From the NCBI GenBank assembly GCA_030550025.1, contig JAUQQC010000012.1:8870-72869 (forward strand): 64,000 bases of DNA, read 5' to 3'. Position 1 is the first letter of the stretch. Every line of letters starts with the position of its first letter. The notes under the pieces were generated by a model, which saw nothing but the letters and a program-made list of their open reading frames with translations, ran no database searches and was not told where the DNA came from. Origin of the DNA: Acidobacteriota bacterium. Lineage in GTDB: Bacteria > Acidobacteriota > Blastocatellia > HR10. The translations under genes and the position numbers were made by a program. Shown in pieces: positions 43,614 through 52,364 of the stretch.

Positions 43614-44002
43614 CACCACACCATCACGGCGTCATGGTTTTCGATCAGGCCGACCGTCTCCTCGCGCGAGATGAGCCGCACGCCCGGAACGAGATCGGTT
43701 GGCGCGATCCCCCGCGCTTCAGCATCCTCCCGCACCACGTAGACCTGCCCCCCATTCTCGATCATGAACTTCACGACGCGAGCGGGGTTGGTGTCGAACT
43801 CCTGCACATCCACGCCGAGGACCTTCGCGCCCTTCATGTCCTGACGCTCCACGGCATAGGTGACGGCCGAATCTCGCAGCAAGACATTCACCTCAACCGG
43901 CGTCTCCACGACGCCGAAGGCTGTCGCGAACAGATGCGGATCCACCGGCTCCATGCAGAGGTAAATCGGTTTCTCGAAGATCACGAGCGTCTTCTCGGCC
44001 AT
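43613..44002 (-). CDS. DsrF/TusC-like (DsrE superfamily) protein
   Basis: VLLRDSAVTYAV..Q and VYVVREDAEARGI...HDAVMVW; GAGGAGG RBS. Confidence 0.7.
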   Translation of the reverse strand: MAEKTLVIFEKPIYLCMEPVDPHLFATAFGVVETPVEVNVLLRDSAVTYAVERQDMKGAKVLGVDVQEFDTNPARVVKFMIENGGQVYVVREDAEARGIAPTDLVPGVRLISREETVGLIENHDAVMVW

Positions 44003-44016
44003 GGCCCCTCCTCGCC

Positions 44017-44442
44017 TCATCGGTACGACGGAATCGTGATGACGCGATCGGCCGCTCGGACGAACTTCCAGAGATCGCCCAGCGTCCCGATGGTCACCGA
44101 ATTCATCTGATGCTTCTCGACGCCGCGCTCCTGCACGCAGAGGACGCACGAGACCCAGTCGAGCTTGGCCCCGTGCAAGCCCGCGCGCAGCAGCATGTCA
44201 ATGTATTTGCTCACGTGCGAGTGTTTTTCTCCCAAGATCCCTTGCAAGGCGCCGGGTTCGCTATGATCAATTTGGTCCTTGTTCGTCAGGGTGACGGCTT
44301 CCTCGAACGCCCATACGTTGACGTTGACCCCCCGCTCGAGCAGTTTCTCCGCCAAGCGGAGGACGGTCGTCGGCGCTTCGCGCTCGTAGGAGCCGGTCGC
44401 TAAGACGATGGCGACGCTCTTGGCGCCATTCTGTCGAGCCAT
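44017..44442 (-). CDS. DsrE/TusD-like protein with CxxC
   Basis: TGSY....LRLAEKLL..G..V.VWAFEEAV and SCVLCVQERGV. Confidence 0.78.
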   Translation of the reverse strand: MARQNGAKSVAIVLATGSYEREAPTTVLRLAEKLLERGVNVNVWAFEEAVTLTNKDQIDHSEPGALQGILGEKHSHVSKYIDMLLRAGLHGAKLDWVSCVLCVQERGVEKHQMNSVTIGTLGDLWKFVRAADRVITIPSYR

Positions 44443-44489
44443 AACGCTCACCTCCTGATCCGAAGATGTCCCCGATCACTCGGGGTGCG

Positions 44490-44816
44490 TCAATACCAGA
44501 TGACCTTATCGCAGCCGTCCACGATGAGATCGGCCAGCTCATCCATGTTCGAGAGGCGCACGCCCTCGGCCACCTGCTCGATGCCGCGCGCTTTGGCCGA
44601 GACGTCTTCGGCGAGCACGGTCACGCCGGCTCGGCTCAAGTCGCTCAGACGAGCAGCCAGTTGCGCCCCCTTGCGAGCAGCGAGGACGCCGTTCTCGATC
44701 AGATAGAGCGTGACCTCATGCCCGCGATTCTTCAACGCTCCCGCCAGCTCCAGTACATAGGGGCTGCTCGCGTACTCGTAGAGATCGCGGCTGGTGACGA
44801 TCACATATCGGCTCAT
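44490..44816 (-). CDS. DsrH/TusB-like (DsrE superfamily) protein
   Basis: GHEVTLYLIENGVLAAR and AEDVSAKARGI...KVIWY. Confidence 0.75.
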   Translation of the reverse strand: MSRYVIVTSRDLYEYASSPYVLELAGALKNRGHEVTLYLIENGVLAARKGAQLAARLSDLSRAGVTVLAEDVSAKARGIEQVAEGVRLSNMDELADLIVDGCDKVIWY

Positions 44817-44923
44817 CGCCTCCCTCCTTCCGACGGAATTTCCACGAAACGTCATGCCCAAACTCCACCTATGCCGCCCATGAGGCGGGCTCTTCGGAAA
44901 CGCTCATGGCACGATGTTCGCGA

Positions 44924-45730
44924 CTACTTCGCGAACCAGATGTAATCGCCGTGAGACGTTCCCATGAAGAAGAGCATCGGGAGCGAGAGCCACGCGTTCA
45001 AGCGCGAGGCCAGGAAGGCGCGCCGCGCGAGTTTGGTCGATTCCGGAGGCATCGGCGTGCCCTGTTCCGCACTCTCCTTCGTCCAAGCGATAATGCGCTT
45101 CTGCGCGCGCCAGATGATCCCCCACACGTTCAAGAGCATGATGATCCCGTACCCCCCGCCCAGAGCGATGGAGAGCGATTTGTTCCCGAGCGTCTCGCCC
45201 GTCGGCCCCGCCCCGCTGAGCATCCGAATGATCACCCACGACATGACCAAGATCAGCGCGATGACGATGAGGGCCAGCACCGATCCCTTGTTGAGCGCGC
45301 CCGAGACCGGCTGTAGCAGCGCGTAGATGATCCCCCACGTCGCCACCACGATGGCCAGCCATTTGAAGAGCGTGCTCCAGGTGCCGATCCCCGCATTCTG
45401 GGCCTCCGTGTGGAGGATGTACATGGCATAGTAGGTCAGTCCGACCAGAACCGTCACGACCGCTCCCCACCGGAAGAACCAGAGGGCTCGCGGCATGAGG
45501 ATCGGGACGACCTTCCCGCGCGTTTGAGCGTCCAGTCGTTGCATGAACGGGACGTTCACGAGATTGAAGAAATAGAGAAGCCCGATCCAGGTGATCCCCG
45601 CGACGAAATGCGCCCACCGCAGGAGGATCTTGAAGGTAGACGTCGCATCGGGAGCATGAAAGGTGCTCCCCTCCGATCCCGCGAGCCATGCCAACAGAAC
45701 CGCACCGCCCACAAGCCCTGCTGTCATCAT
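44924..45730 (-). CDS. PuuD/Urate_ox_N-like membrane protein lacking the cytochrome c domain
   Basis: LRWAHFVAGITWIGLLYFFN, LWFFRWGA, IMLLNVWGIIW..Q and ASR.N..LS.PMLFFM motifs. Confidence 0.78.
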   Translation of the reverse strand: MMTAGLVGGAVLLAWLAGSEGSTFHAPDATSTFKILLRWAHFVAGITWIGLLYFFNLVNVPFMQRLDAQTRGKVVPILMPRALWFFRWGAVVTVLVGLTYYAMYILHTEAQNAGIGTWSTLFKWLAIVVATWGIIYALLQPVSGALNKGSVLALIVIALILVMSWVIIRMLSGAGPTGETLGNKSLSIALGGGYGIIMLLNVWGIIWRAQKRIIAWTKESAEQGTPMPPESTKLARRAFLASRLNAWLSLPMLFFMGTSHGDYIWFAK

Positions 45731-45861
45731 AGCTCCTCCTCTCTATCCGGATCGGCCTCCCATCCTCCTCAGCCCGGGCCAACGCTCACTCTCCCGCATG
45801 CTCCGATCCGGCGAAGGCCTTGTCGGGACCTTCGCCGACTGAACCAGCCTCACGCCAGGAG

Positions 45862-45890
45862 ATGATAGAGGCCATCGGAGAGTTTGTCAA
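45862..45890 (-). promoter_or_regulatory. sigma70 promoter for the PuuD-like gene/operon
   Basis: Minus strand TTGACA-17 nt-TATCAT. Confidence 0.75.
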
Positions 45891-46153
45891 CGAAAATGTT
45901 TCTTAATGTCGAACTCCGCGAACACGTCCGCGAACGAGAGCTGCTCGGCCAGCGGCTCTCCTCCCTCGACCGAGTGCGAGCGTCCGCAGCCGAGAGCCGC
46001 TTTGACATCGCGCAGATTGAACCGAATTAAGCGCTTGGTGAGCACGATGGCCGGAATCCGCCCGCGACGACGCAGGCGATGGATCGTCGCTTCGCTGACT
46101 TGCAACAGCTCGGCCAACTGTTTGGCCGTGAGAAACTCCGTCCGTCGCTCCAT
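45887..46153 (-). CDS. HTH_17/excisionase-like DNA-binding protein
   Basis: FLTAKQLAELLQVSEATIHRL...GRIPA...IRF. Confidence 0.8.
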   Translation of the reverse strand: MERRTEFLTAKQLAELLQVSEATIHRLRRRGRIPAIVLTKRLIRFNLRDVKAALGCGRSHSVEGGEPLAEQLSFADVFAEFDIKKHFR

Positions 46154-46157
46154 CGCC

Positions 46158-46799
46158 TCACCCCCCTTTGGCGCGCGCTTTCAGTCGTAGGGCGACGCGA
46201 CGGCGCTCCAATCCCCCCACCTCGACGATTTGCACATCCGGCTCGTATCCACTCGCGGTGGCGGTGAGCCGATACCGTCCTCGCTCGCCTGGGACGCGAA
46301 AGGCGAATTCTCCGCTGGAGTTGGAGATTTGCTCGAGCTTGAGCGGCGGCACCTTCTCTTCGCCGAGCGGGAGACGCTCGAGCACCACGCGAGCGCCCGG
46401 CAGAAGGAAGCCGTTCGGATCGAACGTCGCGCCGCTGATCACGGCGTAGGCCTCCGCACGACGGAGCCGAATGGGCGACTTGAGCGTCGTCTCTCGCCCG
46501 GCCTTGACTTCAACCGAGCGCACGATCGCCGGTTCATGGTCGGCAGAAGAGACCAGCAGCGCATACCGACCCGGCGCGAGATCCGACAGAACGAATCGCC
46601 CGTCTTCGGCCGTCAGAGCTTCGGCGCGCGTGCGATTCGTCCGCACCTCGATCGCGCGGACCTTCGCGCGAGCCACCGGTTGCCCGCGCTCATCCCTCGC
46701 CTCCCCACTGATACTCCCAGACGGGGACGCCTGCGGGATTGCCCCTTCAACCGAGAGCACAAAACCCAGCAGAAAGAGGATCACTCCTGGTCGTCTCAT
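46158..46799 (-). CDS. Exported protein with two carboxypeptidase-regulatory-like domains
   Basis: Signal peptide; ISGEARDERGQPV..A.V and DGRFVLSDLAPGRY, with the pattern repeated. Confidence 0.8.
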   Translation of the reverse strand: MRRPGVILFLLGFVLSVEGAIPQASPSGSISGEARDERGQPVARAKVRAIEVRTNRTRAEALTAEDGRFVLSDLAPGRYALLVSSADHEPAIVRSVEVKAGRETTLKSPIRLRRAEAYAVISGATFDPNGFLLPGARVVLERLPLGEEKVPPLKLEQISNSSGEFAFRVPGERGRYRLTATASGYEPDVQIVEVGGLERRRVALRLKARAKGG

Positions 46800-46932
46800 G
46801 GCCCCTCCGTGCGCGCCGAAAAAGCATAGCACACCACGCTTGGCGTGCAAAACGCTCTTGCAAAGAGCGTTCCGGCCGACCAGGAGTGAGGCCTTAGAGA
46901 AAGTCGCGGGGCTTTGCTAAGATATCCCTTCG

Positions 46933-47874
46933 ATGCCAAGCCGATGGATGATCGGATGGTTGCTGTTGGCGCTGCTCCTTGGCGAGGGAATCGGACGCGC
47001 GCGGGCACAGATCTCGCTGCGGAGCGACTTGGTGACCGTAGACGTCACCGTCTTCGACGCCGAAGGGAATTATGTGACCGATCTCCAAAGGGACGAGTTC
47101 GAGCTGCGGCATGATGGCGTCCCGCAACCGATCGCCTTCTTCGAGGCGCAGATTCGACCGGAGCTGACGCGTCCCTTGGCCGTCGTCTTCGCTTTAGATA
47201 CCTCGGGCAGCGTCGGACCGCAAATCGCCGAACAACAGCAGGCGGCGCGACAATTCCTTAGCCTGATCCATCCGGGATCGGTCTTCGCCGTCATCGGGTT
47301 CAATGATCGGGTTCGCGTCTTCCAGAAATTCACCAACGATCCCACTCGCATCGAGCGCGCCTTCGAGCGCGCCCGAGAGATCGGCGGACGGACGCGCCTT
47401 TATGATGCTCTGGATCGCGCCATCACGCTCCTGAGCCGCGAAGCGCCACGACGGCGCGATGGGCGGATCGTCCGCCGCGTAGTGATCGTGATCACCGATG
47501 GCTTCGACTACACGAGTACGATCAGTCACACCGAGGTGATCCATCGAGCGAACGCCGCCGAGGTCACAATCTATTCGATCACGCTCCCCTCCTACGTCCT
47601 CTCGGTCACCGGTCGGAGGCGCGTCCCCACGTTGCTCGACGCGTCGGGGATCGTGCGACAGACGGGGGGGCGGGACTTCTCCGCTGAGGAACGCGATTTC
47701 ACGCCGATCTTCAAGGCCATCGCGGAGGAGATTCGCGCCAGCTATATCCTCGCCTATTATCCCCCACCGGAGCACCGGCGAGATGGACGATTTCATGAGA
47801 TCACGGTGACCGTCCGTCGCCCGGGCCTCATCGTGCGGCAGAGCCGTCGAGGGTATCTCGCGCCTCAGGGTTGA
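46933..47874 (+). CDS. VWA domain protein (acidobacterial type)
   Basis: LVTVDVTV.D..G, DTSGS MIDAS motif, ITDG and Y.LAYYP. Confidence 0.88.
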   Translation: MPSRWMIGWLLLALLLGEGIGRARAQISLRSDLVTVDVTVFDAEGNYVTDLQRDEFELRHDGVPQPIAFFEAQIRPELTRPLAVVFALDTSGSVGPQIAEQQQAARQFLSLIHPGSVFAVIGFNDRVRVFQKFTNDPTRIERAFERAREIGGRTRLYDALDRAITLLSREAPRRRDGRIVRRVVIVITDGFDYTSTISHTEVIHRANAAEVTIYSITLPSYVLSVTGRRRVPTLLDASGIVRQTGGRDFSAEERDFTPIFKAIAEEIRASYILAYYPPPEHRRDGRFHEITVTVRRPGLIVRQSRRGYLAPQG

Positions 47875-47878
47875 GCCG

Positions 47879-48061
47879 TCACCACTCTTCCTCGTCCTCA
47901 TCCAAAAAATCTTCCTCCGACGCGACCTCGAACTCCAGAGGGTCAACCTCGATGACCTCCAGTTCGACGTCGCACTCGGGGCAGGTCACGAAATCCCCGA
48001 TCTCGACGTCCGGCGAGACGTGGATTTCTCCATCGCATTCCGGGCAGATTCCCGATGGCAT
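47879..48061 (-). CDS. LysW-like zinc-ribbon acidic protein
   Basis: CPECD...CPECDVELEV..DPL; acidic tail ends in EEEW rather than EDWGE. Confidence 0.75.
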   Translation of the reverse strand: MPSGICPECDGEIHVSPDVEIGDFVTCPECDVELEVIEVDPLEFEVASEEDFLDEDEEEW

Positions 48062-48145
48062 AGCGAACCTCCTTGTTGGATGTCGTTGCGCATCGCGCCT
48101 GGCGAAAGATAGCAAGAATCCCTACGCGGAGCAATGCGGGCTGAC

Positions 48146-48868
48146 CTAGGGCCGCAGGCGCTCGCGCGCCCATGCGGCCTCGGCGCTCTGCGGATACCGG
48201 GCCAGGAGTTCCCGATACGCCCATCCATCGTATCGGAGGCGATCGCCGCCCTCATCGTAGACGAAAGTGACGCCCAAGCGATTATACCGATCGAGGCGCA
48301 CATCGTTGAGAAACAGCTGGCGTCGCAGTGCTACTGGGGCCTCCTCGGAGCCCCTCCATTGCCGCCTCAGGTGCGCGGTCAGCTCCTCGGCGGCACGCTC
48401 CGCTTCCTCGGCGAGGATCAGGAGCGCGCGCGGACGCAGCGGCGAGCGCTCGAAGTGCACGACGAGAATCCGGGCGAGGTGCAGTCGGCGAAACCCCTCG
48501 GCCTGCTCGATCAACTCCAGCAGCCGCCGATCATCCCCGCGACGCGCCGGCATGACGAACGCCCGTTCGTGTAACCATCCGCGCGTACGTCGCGTCGTCG
48601 CCACGCGGTGGAAGGTCGCGCCATCAGCCTGACGCGACTCGCTCAAGACGGCGACGAATCGCCCCACGCGTAACCGCTCGATGAGACGCCCGTTCAGCCG
48701 AGGCTCCCGACGTAAGGCCGAGAACCGCTCATCCACAACGTACCCCGAAAGCGCGCGAAACGGAGTCGCCGACTGCCCCCATGCGACAGAAGAGAGACCC
48801 AGACCATACGCCAGCAAAAGACCGATCCCTATGCCACGCACTCGGAATCCGAATGACTCGATCATCAA
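48146..48868 (-). CDS. Exported hypothetical protein with an SH3-like N-terminal domain
   Basis: Signal peptide; LRREP...LRVG..V.V...RGWL; helical C-terminus. Confidence 0.6.
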   Translation of the reverse strand: MMIESFGFRVRGIGIGLLLAYGLGLSSVAWGQSATPFRALSGYVVDERFSALRREPRLNGRLIERLRVGRFVAVLSESRQADGATFHRVATTRRTRGWLHERAFVMPARRGDDRRLLELIEQAEGFRRLHLARILVVHFERSPLRPRALLILAEEAERAAEELTAHLRRQWRGSEEAPVALRRQLFLNDVRLDRYNRLGVTFVYDEGGDRLRYDGWAYRELLARYPQSAEAAWARERLRP

Positions 48869-48908
48869 CTCGCCAGAGAACGTTCAGGAAAGCCCAGCCA
48901 CAGGCGGC

Positions 48909-49394
48909 CTAAACGGATTCCCCTTCCAGAGACGCACGGAGCATCCACGCCATCTTCTCATGCCGTTGCAACAGCTCGGTCAGGAAATCGTTCGTCCCCA
49001 TGTCACGATATTTCTCGGCGCACGTCTCCAGGTCGCTCCGCAGGTGCCGAATGATCGCCTCGTGATCCTCTAGCAAATTCGCGAGCATCGCGCGGGCGCT
49101 CGGGTATTTCCCCGGATGTTCCTTCAGGCGCGTACGCTTGAGGAACTCCGCCAGCGTCCCGATGGCGTTGCCCCCGAGCGCGCGAACGCGCTCGGCGACT
49201 TCATCCACGATGTCATTCAAGGCCTCATACTGCTCCTGGAAGAACCGATGCAGCTCGTGAAATTGCGGCCCGGTGACGTTCCAATGATAGTTCCGCGTCT
49301 TCGCGTAGAGGACGAATTCATCGGCCAGGAGCGTATTGAGGATTTCCACGACGCCCTCGCGCTGCCTATCCGTGAGTCCGATGTTCAACTTCAT
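48909..49394 (-). CDS. dps: Dps ferritin-like DNA-protection protein
   Basis: HWNVTGPQFHELH, DEVAER and EKMAWML motifs. Confidence 0.95.
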   Translation of the reverse strand: MKLNIGLTDRQREGVVEILNTLLADEFVLYAKTRNYHWNVTGPQFHELHRFFQEQYEALNDIVDEVAERVRALGGNAIGTLAEFLKRTRLKEHPGKYPSARAMLANLLEDHEAIIRHLRSDLETCAEKYRDMGTNDFLTELLQRHEKMAWMLRASLEGESV

Positions 49395-49423
49395 GGGTCC
49401 TCCTCCTTTTCCTCCCAAGACGT

Positions 49424-50008
49424 TCACGGGAGCACGAGATCCTCGGCCAAGCTGCGCCGCACCTCAGGGGGGATCGTCGCCTCGGCGCGATAGTTCTCGT
49501 GCGCGATGGCGAGCACAGCCGGAAGCGATTCGTCTTTGAAAGCCCGAATCTCCTCGGGGCTCAAGCGGAAGCGCACATAGTGGACCGTGCTCGTCTTGTC
49601 CTCCTTACTGCGTCCGGGCTCATACAAGGCGCGGACCGCGTGCCGATCGCCGATCCGCAGCCAGACCTGTTCCTCGATACCGATAAGCTTCGGCAACCAT
49701 TGGCGCAACACCTCGAGATCGTCGATCTCGATGAGCATGGTCGCGCTCAGCTCGTTGTCTTCGGGGATCAACTCGTTGTAGATGTCGATCTCCTGCTGGA
49801 TCTTGTCCTCGTGGACGATGCGTTCGGCACGCATCATCTCCTGAATTTGGAAGAGGACGGTCTCACGATTCTCGAAGACGAAGGTCACGATGTCCCCCAC
49901 CTGGACGCGGCGCCTCTTCTTCAACTCGATGATCGAGCGCCGAAATTCGTCGCGAATCTTCTCGTACGCGGCGATATCGCGGACGTCCGCGAGCGTGATC
50001 TTCCTCAT
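49424..50008 (-). CDS. DUF3501 family protein
   Basis: FENRETVLFQIQEMMRAE, YNELIP and STVHYVRF motifs; follows the rubrerythrin and Fe-S oxidoreductase genes. Confidence 0.88.
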   Translation of the reverse strand: MRKITLADVRDIAAYEKIRDEFRRSIIELKKRRRVQVGDIVTFVFENRETVLFQIQEMMRAERIVHEDKIQQEIDIYNELIPEDNELSATMLIEIDDLEVLRQWLPKLIGIEEQVWLRIGDRHAVRALYEPGRSKEDKTSTVHYVRFRLSPEEIRAFKDESLPAVLAIAHENYRAEATIPPEVRRSLAEDLVLP

Positions 50009-51279
50009 GGTCGTCTCCCCTCCTCCTCTAATCCATACGCTCGCGCCAGGACCTGAATGGGATGGAGGGGGCGCTTCTCCGTCCCCTGCAGGATCTGCAA
50101 TCCCGCCAACGGGCAATCGGAGACGACGAGATCGAACGGCTCCCGCTCGATCTCGCGGAAGAGCTTCTCAGCGACTTTGAGCGAGAGGGCATGATACTCT
50201 CGCTTGAGGCCCCATGTCCCATCCACCCCGGCGCACCGTTCAATCACATGCACCTTCGTCCCAGGGATCAGCTGCATGAGGTCTCGCGACTTGTACCCGA
50301 TATTCTGAGCGCGAAGGTGGCAGGGAAGTTGGTAGGCGATGCGTTGCGCGCTCGGTTTGAGGTCCGTCTTCAATCGCCCCTCGCCGTGAAGCTTCATAAG
50401 ATATTCGCAGAGATCGAAGCTCCGTTCCGCAAGGCGACGAGCTCTCTCGTCATCCAACAGGACCGGGTACTCGTGCTTGAGCATGTAGCTGCACGTTGGA
50501 CCGGGGATCACGACGTCGTAGCCTCTCTCGACCAGCTCGCCGAGCACCTGCACATTCTCGCGAGCGTGAGCGAGCGCCGCCTCGATATCCCCGCCATCCA
50601 AAAAAGGCATCCCACAACAGCGCTGCGCAGGGACGACAACCTCCAGCTCATTATGCTCGAGGACGCGCACGGCCGCCCGCCCCACGGCCGGATCGTGAAC
50701 ATTGACATAGCACGTGTAAAAGAGCGCTACCTTCCCGTTCCCCGAGAGCCCGTGAGCGCGCCTAGAGGCGCGGAACCAGTCGAGGAATGTCTCCCGATGA
50801 TATTCGGGCAAACGCCGATCCCGATGAATGCCGATCGTTTTTTCCATGAGCACGCGGAAGGGCCGAAGACGATTGGCCAGATTCACAAGCGGCGCCCATC
50901 GGCTCCCCAAGCGCCCTAACGTCTCGGTGCGTCCCAGGATTCGATCCGACCGCGGGATCCCACGTTCCCGGGCTTGGACGGCCTTCGCCCGCAACATGAG
51001 CCGCGGGAAATCGATGTCCCAGCGGTGCGGGGGCGTATAAGGACAGTGGTTGAAGCAGAGCTTGCACTGATAGCAGAGGTCAACGATCCGCGTGACATCT
51101 GCTCGCGTGAGGTTCTCCACGTCCTCGCCCTTGGCGTCAATCAGCTCGAAGAGGACATTGAAGGACGGACAGAGATTGAAACATCGCCGACAGCCATGAC
51201 AAATATCGAAGACGCGCCGCAATTCCCGATCAAGCGCCTCGCGATTCCAAAAGTCCGGCGACCTCAGATCAAACGCCAT
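50005..51279 (-). CDS. Rubrerythrin-associated Fe-S oxidoreductase (GlpC-like, CCG domains)
   Basis: CHGCRRCFNLCP, CYQCKLCFNHCP and CCGMP motifs. Confidence 0.88.
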   Translation of the reverse strand: MAFDLRSPDFWNREALDRELRRVFDICHGCRRCFNLCPSFNVLFELIDAKGEDVENLTRADVTRIVDLCYQCKLCFNHCPYTPPHRWDIDFPRLMLRAKAVQARERGIPRSDRILGRTETLGRLGSRWAPLVNLANRLRPFRVLMEKTIGIHRDRRLPEYHRETFLDWFRASRRAHGLSGNGKVALFYTCYVNVHDPAVGRAAVRVLEHNELEVVVPAQRCCGMPFLDGGDIEAALAHARENVQVLGELVERGYDVVIPGPTCSYMLKHEYPVLLDDERARRLAERSFDLCEYLMKLHGEGRLKTDLKPSAQRIAYQLPCHLRAQNIGYKSRDLMQLIPGTKVHVIERCAGVDGTWGLKREYHALSLKVAEKLFREIEREPFDLVVSDCPLAGLQILQGTEKRPLHPIQVLARAYGLEEEGRRP

Positions 51280-51433
51280 AGTTCACCCCTTTGGGAAGTC
51301 CCCCTCCGGGAGGAGAGGACCTCCGGGTGGCACCAGGGCCACCCGGACGCCCATTCCGTCAAATGGATTCGGAGCAGCTCGCCCGCCCCCTCCCAACCGG
51401 ACATCCCCCGATCGGGGGGGGAGGTTCGGATGC

Positions 51434-51883
51434 TCACGCGAGCGATTCCGCAGGCTCTTTACCCGCGATCTGCTGCAAGCCCTTGGTGAAACGAGCCGCG
51501 TGCGATTTCTCCGCGCGGGCGAGCGTTTCGAACCACTCGGCCAGCTCCTCAAAGCCCTCCTCGCGCGCCGTGCGCGCAAACCCGGGATACATCTCCGTGT
51601 ACTCGTAGGTCTCGCCCTCGATGGCCGACTTCAGGTTCTGCTCGGTCTTGCCAAAGGGCACGCCCGTCACTGGGTCGCCGACTTCCTTGAGGAAGTCCAA
51701 GTGCCCAAAGGCATGACCGGTCTCAGCCTCGGCCGTATCCCGGAAGAGCCCGCCGATCTCCGGATACCCTTCGATATCCGCGATGCGGGCGAAATAGAGA
51801 TAGCGGCGATTCGCCTGCGATTCGCCAGCGAACGCATGCTTGAGGTTCTCCAAGCTCTTCGTCCCGTGTAACGATTTCGCCAT
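51434..51883 (-). CDS. rbr: Rubrerythrin (short form without rubredoxin domain)
   Basis: [28 protein letters not shown] and AEKSHA motifs. Confidence 0.95.
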   Translation of the reverse strand: MAKSLHGTKSLENLKHAFAGESQANRRYLYFARIADIEGYPEIGGLFRDTAEAETGHAFGHLDFLKEVGDPVTGVPFGKTEQNLKSAIEGETYEYTEMYPGFARTAREEGFEELAEWFETLARAEKSHAARFTKGLQQIAGKEPAESLA

Positions 51884-51929
51884 AGTTCCCTCCTCCTTAT
51901 GAGTGTCGTCGTGCGATAGCAAGACGATT

Positions 51930-51958
51930 ATTAAATAAGAATCATTTTCCGTTGTCAA
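51930..51958 (-). promoter_or_regulatory. sigma70 promoter with an overlapping Fur/PerR-like box
   Basis: Minus strand TTGACA-17 nt-TTTAAT; AATAAGAATCATT at 51934-51946 overlaps the spacer and -10 element; strongly AT-rich patch. Confidence 0.7.
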
Positions 51959-52055
51959 GAGGCGGAGGCCTCCGCCCGACGATGGTGCGCGCCGATTGAC
52001 GGCTCGCGCGCGCGGCGTGTAAGATACCGGTGCAAAGCGTGAGGGGAGAACGATC

Positions 52056-52265
52056 ATGAGACCGGCTTTCGTCTTCGGAAATCTGGGGCTGCCGGAACTG
52101 CTCATCATCCTCTTCATCCTCGTCCTACTCTTTGGGGCGAAGCGATTGCCGGAGCTGGCGCGAAGCCTGGGCCAGAGCATCCGCGCGTTCAAGGAGGGGA
52201 CGGCCGAAGTGAAGAAGCTGGAAGATAAAGCGGGCAGCCCTCAAGAAGGATCATCATCGTCCTGA
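52056..52265 (+). CDS. tatA: Twin-arginine translocase subunit TatA
   Basis: LGLPELLIILFILVLLFGAKRLPELARSLG. Confidence 0.95.
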   Translation: MRPAFVFGNLGLPELLIILFILVLLFGAKRLPELARSLGQSIRAFKEGTAEVKKLEDKAGSPQEGSSSS

Positions 52266-52364
52266 ACCGCGGCCGGCGTGGCGTGGTCTTCGGACGGGCG
52301 ACCGCAGGGTATCTGTGGCGCGCGTGTTGTTGTTCATCGAAGGGCGTCACTTGACGCTCCGACC

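Noticed and set aside
45731-45856. Glycine or guanidine-I (ykkC) riboswitch, suggested by GCGGGAGAG and GCCCGGG fragments
   Set aside because: The other core motifs (CUCAGG; CUAGGGUUCC and AAAAGCCCGGGAG) are missing, so the region is kept only as an unclassified leader.
51884-52192. N-terminal extension of rubrerythrin in the 252-aa ORF call
   Set aside because: It overlaps tatA and the promoter; the real start is the ATG at 51883 with an AGGAGGAG RBS.
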